Shown here: positions 44,894-54,086 of the stretch, piece by piece
Numbering within the stretch: position 1 is the first letter of the stretch
Layout of the letters: each line of letters opens with the position of its first letter
Assembly (NCBI GenBank): GCA_963675785.1
Contig: OY776562.1
Coordinates: 1,728,001-1,792,000 of the forward strand
DNA: 64,000 bases
Direction: 5' to 3'
Source of the DNA: Anaerolineae bacterium
GTDB taxonomy: Bacteria > Chloroflexota > Anaerolineae > UBA1429
Position numbers and translations under genes: made by a program
Notes under the pieces: model-generated
Databases searched by the model: none
The model's input: only the letters and a program-made list of their open reading frames with translations
What the model was told of the DNA's origin: nothing

Positions 44894-47047
44894 ATGGCAG
44901 GCGCATCCCCCCGGCTCGTCCGCAAACGCGACGGGCGACTCGTGCCCTTTGAACAGGAAAAAATCACGAGCGCTATTTTCAAAGCTGCCCAATCTGTGGG
45001 CGGCGATGATCGCGATCGAGCCGTATATGTTTCAAATGCCGTCATCGACGTGTTGGATATGCTCTACTATGAATTGGGCGATTACCCCGATGTCGAGCAG
45101 ATTCAGGATATCGTCGAACGAACTCTGATTAAGAATGGCCATGCCAAGACGGCCAAAGCCTATATTCTTTATCGTGACTTGCATAACAAGCTTCGCGATA
45201 TTCGCGCTTTGATCGATGCCAACGAATTGGTTGATGGCTATCTCGAAAAGCTGGACTGGCGGGTCAACGAGAACTCGAACATGACCTACTCGCTCCAGGG
45301 TCTAAACAATCATATCTTTACTGCCGTCAACAGCGCCTACTGGCTAAATCGCCTCTATCCAAAAGAGGTACGCGAGGCCCACAATTCAGGCGACATTCAT
45401 CTGCACGATCTCTATGTGCTGGCCGTGTATTGCTGCGGCTGGGACCTTGAGCAGCTTTTGCTGATGGGATTTGGGGGAGTCCCCGGCAAAGTCGAGTGCA
45501 AGCCGCCCAAGCATTTCCGCACAGCGCTGGGCCAGATCGTCAACTTTTTCTATACCATTCAGGGTGAATCGGCTGGAGCCGTAGCTTTTTCCAGCTTTGA
45601 TACTTATCTGGCGCCGTTCATTCGCTACGATGGCCTCAAACCCAAAGAAGTGCGCCAGGCCCTGCAAGAATTCCTTTTCAACATGAACGTTCCTACGCGC
45701 GTTGGTTTCCAGACGCCGTTTACCAATATCACCATGGACCTGACCATTCCATCGCACATGAAGGACAAGCACGTCATCATTGGTGGGCAGCCCGTGATGG
45801 ATACCTATGAAGACTTTCAGGCTGAGGTTGATCTGCTGAACCGCACTTTTGCCGAACTCATGCTTGATGGCGACGCCAAGGGCCGCGTGTTCACCTTCCC
45901 CATCCCAACGTACAACATCACAAAGGACTTTGATTGGGACAACCCAGTGCTCGAACCGATATGGGAGATGACGGCCAAGTACGGCGTGCCCTATTTCTCC
46001 AACTTTGTAAACTCGGACATGAGTCCCGAAGACGCCCGCTCGATGTGCTGTCGCCTGCGCCTGGATAACCGCGAGCTGCGCAAACGCGGTGGTGGGCTCT
46101 TTGGCTCTAACCCACTCACAGGCAGTATCGGCGTGGTAACATTGAACTTGCCGCGCATTGCCTATTTGGCCCATAACGAACAAGAGCTCTATGCGCGCAT
46201 TGATGAGTTGATGGATCTGGCCAAAGAGAGCTTGACGATCAAGCGCCGTGTACTTGAAGAGTTTACCCAAAAAGGCCTTTATCCTTACTCCAAGCACTAT
46301 TTGACCGACATCAAAGAGCGGTTGGGCTCATACTGGGCCAATCACTTTAACACCATCGGGCTCAACGGCATGAACGAAGCTGCCCTCAACTTTTTGGGGG
46401 TTGATCTGACCGATGAGCGCGGACGAGCCTTTGCCGTTCAGGTAATGAACCATATGCGCGACCGTATGCAGCAATACCAGCTGGAAACTGGCCAGCTCTT
46501 TAACCTGGAGGCCACACCAGCCGAAGGGACCAGCTATCGCCTGGCTTTGCTCGATAAAGACATCTTCCCCGACATCATTACCGCTACGGGCGAAGGCGAA
46601 AACTCGGCCGCGTACTATACCAACTCGACCCAGCTTCCCGTCAATGCCACCGACGACCTTTTCCAAGCGCTGGAATGGCAGGATGAACTGCAAACGCTTT
46701 ATACCGGCGGCACAGTGTTCCACGCCTTTATGGGCGAGAGACTCACCTCTACCCAGGCCACCAAAGATTTGGTGCGGCTGGTAACCAGCAACTTCCGCCT
46801 GCCCTACTTTACGCTGACGCCGACCTTTAGCGTTTGCCCGGTGCATGGCTATATCGCTGGCGAGCATTTCAACTGCCCCAAGTGCGAGGACGAGCAACCC
46901 TGCGAAGTGTACAGCCGTGTGGTAGGCTACCTGCGCCCTGTGCGCCAATGGAACAAGGGTAAACAATCGGAATACAGCGAGCGCGTGATGTTTGCCGAGA
47001 AACCATCGCCCCATCGCGTAGAGGAGCATGTTGAGGTTTTTGAGTGA
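44894..47047 (+). CDS. nrdD: Anaerobic (class III) ribonucleoside-triphosphate reductase with N-terminal ATP-cone
   Basis: ATG 44894 after GGAGG; ATP-cone 'VRKRDGRLVPF..EKI', 'SMCCRL', 'NLEATPAEG', Zn site CPVHG...CPKC, glycyl-radical loop YSRVVGYLRP. Confidence 0.96.
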   Translation: MAGASPRLVRKRDGRLVPFEQEKITSAIFKAAQSVGGDDRDRAVYVSNAVIDVLDMLYYELGDYPDVEQIQDIVERTLIKNGHAKTAKAYILYRDLHNKLRDIRALIDANELVDGYLEKLDWRVNENSNMTYSLQGLNNHIFTAVNSAYWLNRLYPKEVREAHNSGDIHLHDLYVLAVYCCGWDLEQLLLMGFGGVPGKVECKPPKHFRTALGQIVNFFYTIQGESAGAVAFSSFDTYLAPFIRYDGLKPKEVRQALQEFLFNMNVPTRVGFQTPFTNITMDLTIPSHMKDKHVIIGGQPVMDTYEDFQAEVDLLNRTFAELMLDGDAKGRVFTFPIPTYNITKDFDWDNPVLEPIWEMTAKYGVPYFSNFVNSDMSPEDARSMCCRLRLDNRELRKRGGGLFGSNPLTGSIGVVTLNLPRIAYLAHNEQELYARIDELMDLAKESLTIKRRVLEEFTQKGLYPYSKHYLTDIKERLGSYWANHFNTIGLNGMNEAALNFLGVDLTDERGRAFAVQVMNHMRDRMQQYQLETGQLFNLEATPAEGTSYRLALLDKDIFPDIITATGEGENSAAYYTNSTQLPVNATDDLFQALEWQDELQTLYTGGTVFHAFMGERLTSTQATKDLVRLVTSNFRLPYFTLTPTFSVCPVHGYIAGEHFNCPKCEDEQPCEVYSRVVGYLRPVRQWNKGKQSEYSERVMFAEKPSPHRVEEHVEVFE

Positions 47048-47742
47048 AAATAGCCGGTCTGCAGAAACTCACGCTCATCGATTATCCCGATACCATCGCT
47101 TGCAGCGTCTTTCTGGCCGGATGCAATCTGGACTGCGGTTTTTGCCATAATCGCTGGATGATTGATTCCAAGGCCGCCCCCGAAGTTATCTCGGTGGGCG
47201 GCTTTTTCTCTTGGCTAGAAACGCGCAAGCACCTGCTCAAAGGGGTTTGCGTCAGTGGCGGTGAGCCAACCATCAACGCTGATCTGCCCGAATTCTTGGA
47301 ACATATCCACGATCTGGGACTCAAAACCAAGCTGGATACCAATGGCATCTTGCCAGAACGCCTGAAACGGCTTTTGAGCGACGGCTTGGTGGATTACGTA
47401 GCTATGGATATCAAAGCCCCGCTGGACGAACGCTATGATGCTGTTTGCGGCATTGCCAGGGCCGCTAAGCGCGTCGCCCAGAGCGTGCAAGTATTGAGGG
47501 ATTGGTCCAAGGCTGCTTACGAGTATCGCACGACCGTAGAGCCTCAGCTATCTGCTGCTGATCTGGCGGATATAGCTGCCGAGATTCAGCCTGAGGAACT
47601 ATGGTATTTGCAAATATTCAAGCCTGCTGAGGGAGTCGATGGGAGATTGTTGCAAATGGTTGCCTTGAACGAAGACGATCTAAGAGATTTGGTGCCCGAC
47701 CTCTCGATCAAAGCACCCAAAGTGCAACTTCGCGAGATCTAG
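47044..47742 (+). CDS. nrdG: Anaerobic RNR activating radical-SAM enzyme
   Basis: Overlaps the nrdD stop (GTGA); 'TLIDYP', CxxxCxxC (GCNLDCGFCHN), 'SGGEPT', 'KLDTNG', 'AMDIKAP'. Confidence 0.93.
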   Translation: MKIAGLQKLTLIDYPDTIACSVFLAGCNLDCGFCHNRWMIDSKAAPEVISVGGFFSWLETRKHLLKGVCVSGGEPTINADLPEFLEHIHDLGLKTKLDTNGILPERLKRLLSDGLVDYVAMDIKAPLDERYDAVCGIARAAKRVAQSVQVLRDWSKAAYEYRTTVEPQLSAADLADIAAEIQPEELWYLQIFKPAEGVDGRLLQMVALNEDDLRDLVPDLSIKAPKVQLREI

Positions 47743-47768
47743 CTGCATCCCTTGACTGGATATATCCC

Positions 47769-48164
47769 ATGACCGCTATCAAGTCCCTCATGGCCCGCCT
47801 GAAAACAAAAGCTAAATCCCTCAAAACCGATATCTATGCCTTGTATCTGGCCTTTCGCGATCCCCAAACGCCCTGGTACGCCAAAGCCATTGCCGGCCTG
47901 ACGCTAGCTATGGCACTAAGTCCGATCGATCTAATTCCAGACTTTATCCCCGTTCTTGGGTATCTGGATGACCTGATCATTGTGCCGTTGGGCATCTCGC
48001 TCTCTGTGAAGCTCATTCCCCAGGATGTGATGACCCGCTGCCGCAAGCAGGCCAGCACGCAAATGGCCGAGGATCCATCTCTGGCTCGCACCGGCACAAT
48101 CATCATCGCCAGCGTATGGCTCATCCTGTTGGTTCTTATGCTCTGGCTAATCCTCAAGAATTGA
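47769..48164 (+). CDS. YkvA/DUF1232 family small membrane protein
   Basis: 'DPQTPWYAK', 'LSPIDLIPDFIPVLGYLDDLIIVP'. Confidence 0.9.
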   Translation: MTAIKSLMARLKTKAKSLKTDIYALYLAFRDPQTPWYAKAIAGLTLAMALSPIDLIPDFIPVLGYLDDLIIVPLGISLSVKLIPQDVMTRCRKQASTQMAEDPSLARTGTIIIASVWLILLVLMLWLILKN

Positions 48165-48512
48165 ATGATCAGCGTTACAACACAAGCAAAGAAGTGCACA
48201 AAGACTTGTTGCGCAGCTCTTCTTCATTGAAACGAAAAGTTACTTGATAATGCCTACTAAAATTCCATCAAATTTAGGCACATAAAACTAGCCCTTGCGA
48301 ATTGAGCCAATAGCCAAGATTAAACTTGCGGAATATACTACTGAGGTTGTGTCTAGATAGACAGAAAATTTACGTATAAAAGTTGATAGTCTGAACGCTT
48401 GATAGTTGATAACCGTATACTGATTGCACTCTTATTGTTAGTCAATACAAATTCTAAACTGCAGGTTGGAGTACCTTGATAGAATGTCCGTGCCGCAAAG
48501 GTATGGGCAAAA

Positions 48513-48547
48513 GCAAAAGAGCAGCCGTTGGCCGCTCTTTTTGTTTG
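48513..48547 (+). terminator. Terminator-like hairpin in a long convergent intergenic region
   Basis: AAAAGAGC-aGCC-gtt-GGCc-GCTCTTTT followed by TGTTTG. Confidence 0.6.
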
Positions 48548-48715
48548 CATGATTGCCCTGTCGCCAGCGCACACCAATCTTGACAAATCTGCTGCTCAGC
48601 TAGCCAGTCCCCTGTTATACTCTCGTCGGGCAACCGTGTTAGGCGGGATCACTTTTTCACTTGGGGTGCTATTGATTGCCATCATTACTGCCCAATAGCA
48701 CGCAGTCCTTTCAAT

Positions 48716-50098
48716 CTATCTGGTAAGCTGGATCTTGAGCGTATAAGCGTGGTCGCAAGGTTTTGCCCGAGGCAAAGTGACACGCAAACACTCATCATTC
48801 TGACACCAGGCCAGGGCCTCGTTCGATCCCAGCATTGAGATCATTTCGATATCATCGAGGCAAATCGGCGAATCACAAGACAGGGAATTGATAGAGAGCT
48901 CGCCATCCTCGGGCCAGCCCAGGGCGATGGCATACAAAACGCCCTCTTTGCTGGTAAAGCGAATATCCTCAACACCAAAAGCTATGTTGTTTTGCTCGGT
49001 CAGATGGCCGGTTACCACCGGCGTATTGCCCTCACCATAGATCGTCCAAGGTCGAGTGCCGTAAATCGCCTCACCGTTGACCTTGAGCCACTCGCCTAAT
49101 CCCAGCAATCGCTTCTGCGCCTCTTGTGGAATCGTGCCATCCGGCCGAGGGCCAATATTGAGCAGCAGGTTACCGTTCTTGCTGACGATATCGACCAGAT
49201 CGTGTACCAGAGTGGTTACGCTCTTCCACTCGTCGTCCTCGATATAACACCAGCTCTTGTAGCTCACCGAAGTATCAGTCTGCCAGTAAAAATCGGGCTT
49301 TTTGTCGAGCTTGCCGCGTTCCATATCGAACACTGCTACACCCTCAGGAAACTTGTCCTTATACTGCAGCACGGGCTCATAGCCCCGCTCAGCAGCCTTG
49401 TTGTAATAATAGGCCGTCACCATGGGACGATAAGGTGCAAACTCGTCTTTGTGCCAGCCGAAATCAAACCACAGCACATCGGGATCGAATTTATCGACCA
49501 ACTCGCAGGTGCGAGCATACCAGTCCTCTATCCATTCGGGCGTAGCTGGTGCATCCTCATCATGCTTCGGGCTATAAATGCCGGCATTTTCGGGATCGAC
49601 CGTATCGAAATCCTCTTCATACGTAAAAAAACGCCAGTTGTTGGCGCGGTGAGAACTCACGCCAAACTTTAATCCCGCCTCTCGCACAACCTGCGATAGC
49701 TCGCTGACGATATCACGATGCGGCCCCTTATTGACCACATTCCAGGGGGTATAGTCGGTGCCGTACATGGCAATACCATCGTGATGCTCTGCCACCGGCA
49801 CGACATAGCGCGCCCCTGCTGCTTTGAACAAAGCCACCCACGCCCGGGGATCCCAATTTTCTGCCTTGAACAAGGGGAGAAAATCCTTGTAGCCAAAATC
49901 CTTGTGCTTTCCCCATACTTCCAGATGATGGTCGAATTCGGGCTGGCCGCGACGATACATATTGCGTGGATACCATTCATTCTGAAAGGCTGGCACCGCA
50001 TAAGCGCCCCAGTGGATAAAAATGCCCAGCTTGGCATCTTGAAACCATTCCGGCACCTCATACGCTTTGAGCGATTCCCAATTGGGCTCAAAAGTCAT
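48716..50098 (-). CDS. Alpha-L-fucosidase (GH29)
   Basis: ATG 50098 after GAGGAGG; 'PEWFQDAKLGIFIHWG', 'AEHHDG', nucleophile 'LWFD', 'VSKNGNLLLNIGP', 'NGEAIYGTRPW'. Confidence 0.93.
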   Translation of the reverse strand: MTFEPNWESLKAYEVPEWFQDAKLGIFIHWGAYAVPAFQNEWYPRNMYRRGQPEFDHHLEVWGKHKDFGYKDFLPLFKAENWDPRAWVALFKAAGARYVVPVAEHHDGIAMYGTDYTPWNVVNKGPHRDIVSELSQVVREAGLKFGVSSHRANNWRFFTYEEDFDTVDPENAGIYSPKHDEDAPATPEWIEDWYARTCELVDKFDPDVLWFDFGWHKDEFAPYRPMVTAYYYNKAAERGYEPVLQYKDKFPEGVAVFDMERGKLDKKPDFYWQTDTSVSYKSWCYIEDDEWKSVTTLVHDLVDIVSKNGNLLLNIGPRPDGTIPQEAQKRLLGLGEWLKVNGEAIYGTRPWTIYGEGNTPVVTGHLTEQNNIAFGVEDIRFTSKEGVLYAIALGWPEDGELSINSLSCDSPICLDDIEMISMLGSNEALAWCQNDECLRVTLPRAKPCDHAYTLKIQLTR

Positions 50099-50142
50099 GC
50101 TTTTCCTCCTCAAATCCCGCGACCGAGATGAACTCTGTTTGG

Positions 50143-51228
50143 CTATCCCAGGCTTTGTTTCGCCAATTCGCCTTGCCGAGTAAAAGGACATACCGCAATA
50201 CACACACTGCAACTCGTGCCCGAGGCGACCCAATAGCGCAAGCACTGTTTTGCGTTGACATACCAGCGCGATTCTCCAGAATGGCTGCACTCGTTGGGGC
50301 CGCTGATGGTTCGCTCTCCCGTGGGCACCGCCTTGGAAGGGCACTTTTCCGCGCACAACCCGCACGACTGGCAATACTCAGTAACCCCCAAATCAATAGG
50401 CGTATCCAATTCAAGGGGCATATCAGTAAAAACTTTGCACAAACGCACACAAGCCCCGGCTTCAGGAGTAATCAGCAGTCCGTTTCGCCCTGCCTGTCCC
50501 ACTCCCGCCGCTATCGCCATCGGTACAGAAAGTCCGGTTCCGTTCACACTGGGAATTGCCTGATAGCCACAAGTACGAATGAACGTAGCCACAGAGAGCG
50601 CAGCAGCGGCCGCCCTCGAATACCCCAAACTCGTGGCCGCCTCGGCTTGTAGTGAAGGCGCTGTCATGATCAGATCGAAATCCATGGGCACAGCCATCAC
50701 AATGACCCGCTTCATACTGTTTGGCAAATAGAGTCCTGTTTCATCCTCGTAAGGAGTTGCCGCTTTCGTGATATGAATCGGCGTAACCTCTGGCTCATCA
50801 GAGGAACAATGGTTACGCTGTACATCGGCATAGATCCACTCTGGGCGGAGCTCGGCAACGCCAGTGCGCAATGAGCCAACCCTTGACGCAAACTCCCCCA
50901 GATATCGTCGTAATCGTTTGCCATCTGTGGGCCGCTGAGCCAATACCTCAGGAGGGATATCGCGAGGTTGTTCCCAAGTCAGCGCACCACGATTGCTCTT
51001 GCCGCTGCCCCAGCTCACCGTTGTTTCATTGACCGTCTCAAAGCCAATGCCATACGCATAATACAGCAAGGCCTCATCCGCGTCCTCGAACTCTCGTTTG
51101 GGCTCCATCTTGCCATCTCGCACCAAACTCAGTGCTTTATTGTGAAATACGCCCTGCCAAGAAACCCCCATATCACGAGAGACAGCATTGAAAGCGGTAT
51201 TGCGTTCACTAAAGCGCTCAAGGCTCAC
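50143..51228 (-). CDS. Reductive dehalogenase-like (RdhA/QueG superfamily) cobalamin and 2x[4Fe-4S] protein, no Tat signal
   Basis: Likely GTG 51228 after GGAGGG; 'RFSERNTAF', 'VIVMAVPMD', 'GYQAIP', 'A.AAG.G..GRNGLLITPE.G..VRL.KVFTD.PL..D.P.D.G', CxxCxxCxxxCP, and 'CLRYW....SCSVCIAVCPF'. Confidence 0.8.
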   Translation of the reverse strand: MSLERFSERNTAFNAVSRDMGVSWQGVFHNKALSLVRDGKMEPKREFEDADEALLYYAYGIGFETVNETTVSWGSGKSNRGALTWEQPRDIPPEVLAQRPTDGKRLRRYLGEFASRVGSLRTGVAELRPEWIYADVQRNHCSSDEPEVTPIHITKAATPYEDETGLYLPNSMKRVIVMAVPMDFDLIMTAPSLQAEAATSLGYSRAAAAALSVATFIRTCGYQAIPSVNGTGLSVPMAIAAGVGQAGRNGLLITPEAGACVRLCKVFTDMPLELDTPIDLGVTEYCQSCGLCAEKCPSKAVPTGERTISGPNECSHSGESRWYVNAKQCLRYWVASGTSCSVCIAVCPFTRQGELAKQSLG

Positions 51229-51369
51229 AGAAATCCCTCCCCCACCCATATCCCGGTGCCCGAGTATAACTGGAGTTGCATCTGACAACAAGGTTAGAAA
51301 AACCTTGACTCTGGCCCCACTGCCTTTACAATGCAGAGGAATATCAATAATCCCAGAGAAGGAGAACTC

Positions 51370-52170
51370 ATGGTTGCTTTTATGCAGCAGTTCAATCCCG
51401 TTGTTCAGGCGCTCTTTGCCACCCTTTTCACCTGGTTCGTCACGGCCCTGGGAGCCCTCCCCGTGTTCTTTACCCGCAAAGTCAATCGCAAGCTCCTCGA
51501 TAGCATGTTGGGGTTGGCCGCTGGTGTCATGATTGCCGCTAGTTTTTGGTCCCTGTTGGCACCGGCGATTGAATTATCCGATGGCTCGTGGATTCCCGCC
51601 GTAATCGGCTTTTTGGCAGGCGGCGTCGTTCTGCGTGGCATCGACGCCCTATTGCCACATGTCCACCCGGCTCTGGCCAACGCTGAACCTGAGGGGCTCA
51701 AAAGCCACTGGCAGCGTAGCGTTTTACTAGTACTGGCCATCACGATCCACAACTTTCCCGAAGGTCTGGCCGTTGGTGTAGCCTTTGGCGCTGCCGCCGC
51801 CGATATCCCCGGCGCGAACATTGGTGCCGCTCTCGCCTTGGCTTTGGGCATCGGTTTGCAGAACTTTCCCGAAGGCTTGGCTGTCGCCATGCCGTTACGC
51901 CGTGAAGGGCTATCCATGGGCAAATCGTTTCTCTATGGCCAATTCTCTGGCATGGTAGAGCCCATTGCCGGTGTACTTGGCGCCTGGGCCGTTCTGTCGA
52001 TGAGCGCCATCCTGCCCTACGCATTGGCCTTTGCCGCTGGTGCCATGATCTTTGTGGTTGTCGAGGAATTGATTCCCGAAGCTGAAAGCGAAGGAAACGG
52101 CCATTTGGCTACGATGGGCGCCATGCTTGGCTTTGCCATCATGATGGCCATGGATGTAGGCCTCGGCTAA
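51370..52170 (+). CDS. ZIP family metal transporter (ZupT/GufA)
   Basis: 'AAGVMIAASFWSLL', 'AITIHNFPEGLAVGV', 'GLQNFPEG', 'VVEELIPE'. Confidence 0.93.
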   Translation: MVAFMQQFNPVVQALFATLFTWFVTALGALPVFFTRKVNRKLLDSMLGLAAGVMIAASFWSLLAPAIELSDGSWIPAVIGFLAGGVVLRGIDALLPHVHPALANAEPEGLKSHWQRSVLLVLAITIHNFPEGLAVGVAFGAAAADIPGANIGAALALALGIGLQNFPEGLAVAMPLRREGLSMGKSFLYGQFSGMVEPIAGVLGAWAVLSMSAILPYALAFAAGAMIFVVVEELIPEAESEGNGHLATMGAMLGFAIMMAMDVGLG

Positions 52171-52191
52171 CTGCAAGATAAACTGCTACAC

Positions 52192-52226
52192 AAAAAGCCG
52201 CGAATACACACTGTATTCGCGGCTTT
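52192..52226. terminator. Bidirectional intrinsic terminator
   Basis: AAAGCCGCGAATACA-cac-TGTATTCGCGGCTTT. Confidence 0.85.
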
Positions 52227-52238
52227 GCAGCCTCTTGA

Positions 52239-52718
52239 TCAGAGCTTGGCTATGGGGAAATAGAGCTCTAGCTCGTCCGCACCTTTACCAGGCCCATAAT
52301 ATTCATGAACCGCCCCAACGAGTTCGTATCTCTCTTTGGGCATATACTCATGTAACACAGCATAGAACACCTCTTGATAGGACGTTTGCGTGCAGCCTGC
52401 CACTAGGTATCGATACCCCGGAATATCCCACTTGCTCCAACCAGAAGGTGCCACAGACTCGGCAGCCACCTCGAAACCTGCCAGGTATCTCCCTGCTTCC
52501 GTCCACGGCATAAAACTGCGAGTCATGTCAGTCATGGCTCCCCAAGCTCCCAAGGGATTCCCCTGCATATCACAAAGGAACAAGTCCCCAATATCAGAGA
52601 TTTTTTCACTCAAAGCTTGCCAAAGCGGCGGTACCCATTTCCAACCTTCTGAGGACGGTCCACATCCTTCTTGGCCAACAACCGAAAAAGCTACTCTCTC
52701 TACAAGGCGGATGTCCAT
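52239..52718 (-). CDS. GyrI-like / AraC effector-binding domain protein
   Basis: ATG 52718; 'FSVVGQEG', 'LW', 'YLAGFEV', 'GW.KWDIP', 'GAVHEYY', 'LYFPI'. Confidence 0.8.
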   Translation of the reverse strand: MDIRLVERVAFSVVGQEGCGPSSEGWKWVPPLWQALSEKISDIGDLFLCDMQGNPLGAWGAMTDMTRSFMPWTEAGRYLAGFEVAAESVAPSGWSKWDIPGYRYLVAGCTQTSYQEVFYAVLHEYMPKERYELVGAVHEYYGPGKGADELELYFPIAKL

Positions 52719-52719
52719 C

Positions 52720-54069
52720 TTATTCTCCGTTCCCTTGATTTTCATTGGATGATTGGGCTTGTTCCACATCCATTCCAACAATCTTTTGTGAAAAACGACG
52801 ATAGTTGATCACATATTGTGCCATGGTAAAGCAATTATAGATAATCAGAGCGACAGATGCGCCATAAACCCCAAACAAATACACCAGCAATAGTGTTGCA
52901 ACAATCTCCACAGCTGCCCCAATGAGTGAGACACGCCGCATGATATTGCCAGCGCCGTGAGAGCTGAGGTACTGGTTATAGAGCGCATAGCCCCCTCTAA
53001 AGGCCCGACCTGCTGAGAGAAGAAAGAGCAAGGGGATGGCCTGTCTGAAATCGGCAGGATATGCCAACACAATGAGCAGTGTGCCAGCAAGAGGAACACC
53101 TATCGCTGTAGCCGCACTTACCAGCGCACTTGTCCAACGTTGCTGGGGATGCAACTGATCATGATGAATCATGCCGCGGTAAAGTGTCTGCGCGTAGGAT
53201 GTGCCCACCAACTCGACAGGTGCCGATAGTGCAAGAGCGATATTGTAGTAGGCAATGGTCTCAGCAGAGACGAAATAGCCCAACGCAAGCTGACTGCAAT
53301 CCGCCAATGCCGCGGGAATACGCCCTGTATAGACACGCCAGCCAAAGGCACGAAAATCACCCCAAATACGCTTAGCCTGGTGTCGCAGATTGGTCAGACG
53401 CGGCTTGAGCAGTGCCAACACGCCAATCTGCACTACGGCGATGGTCAAATAACGAACGAGTAGCACCTGGCCTGCCGTTACATCTTGTTGATACGAAAGC
53501 CAAATAACACCGAGCAGATAAAGCAGGCTGGGAAAGAGCATGGCGTACCCCAGCAGACGAATACGCCCCAGACCGCGCAAAAGCCATTCGGTAAGCACGC
53601 TGATGGGGATAATGATAGCAATCGGAGCCAAGAGCCCAAACAATTCGCCTGCATCTACGGCAAAGACTGAATCTACCCAGCCGTGCATAGCCCACAGAAC
53701 GAGACCAAAGAGCACGCCCCACACAGCAAAAAGCAGCACATACGTGCCGACAAGCTCACCCTGTTCTTTGGGAGAATCGGTCTGTGCTGCCAGACGCGGT
53801 GCGCTGTCCATGCCCAGAGTGAATATGATCTGCATATAAGTAATGACATTGAGGGCAAAAGACATACTGCCGTATTCAGATGTCCCTAATATATTGGCAG
53901 TCAGCGGAGAGATGATGATACGTGTCGCCATCGCGGCAATACGACAGCCAAAAAGGATGCTGCTTTTGACTGCCGTCTCACGGCCGGGTCCGGAACGGAG
54001 CCTACCCAGTAGCTTGGTGCTACGTTCTTTTAATTCGGCCCAGCGCATAGGTTGCCTCATAACTGACAT
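52720..54069 (-). CDS. Oligosaccharide flippase (Wzx/PST family)
   Basis: 'ILGTSEYG', about 12 TM segments, 'YYNIA', 'G.YGASVA'; located in a nucleotide-sugar cluster. Confidence 0.8.
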   Translation of the reverse strand: MSVMRQPMRWAELKERSTKLLGRLRSGPGRETAVKSSILFGCRIAAMATRIIISPLTANILGTSEYGSMSFALNVITYMQIIFTLGMDSAPRLAAQTDSPKEQGELVGTYVLLFAVWGVLFGLVLWAMHGWVDSVFAVDAGELFGLLAPIAIIIPISVLTEWLLRGLGRIRLLGYAMLFPSLLYLLGVIWLSYQQDVTAGQVLLVRYLTIAVVQIGVLALLKPRLTNLRHQAKRIWGDFRAFGWRVYTGRIPAALADCSQLALGYFVSAETIAYYNIALALSAPVELVGTSYAQTLYRGMIHHDQLHPQQRWTSALVSAATAIGVPLAGTLLIVLAYPADFRQAIPLLFLLSAGRAFRGGYALYNQYLSSHGAGNIMRRVSLIGAAVEIVATLLLVYLFGVYGASVALIIYNCFTMAQYVINYRRFSQKIVGMDVEQAQSSNENQGNGE

Positions 54070-54086
54070 TCAATATGTCACATCAT

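Noticed and set aside
45386-47029. Long antisense ORFs (303 and 233 aa) opposite nrdD, and similar ones opposite other genes
   Set aside because: Typical stop-poor reverse frames of GC3-biased coding sequence, with no recognisable motifs.
44894-47047. Intein or group I/II intron in nrdD, a common insertion target
   Set aside because: The ORF is continuous and of normal length, with no splicing or homing-endonuclease motifs.
50099-50374. N-terminal extension of the GH29 ORF overlapping the dehalogenase-like gene (similar extensions at 5327, 13866, 15988, 27814, 29414, 55304)
   Set aside because: ORF-caller longest-start artefacts; downstream starts fit the family N-termini and mostly have clear RBSs.
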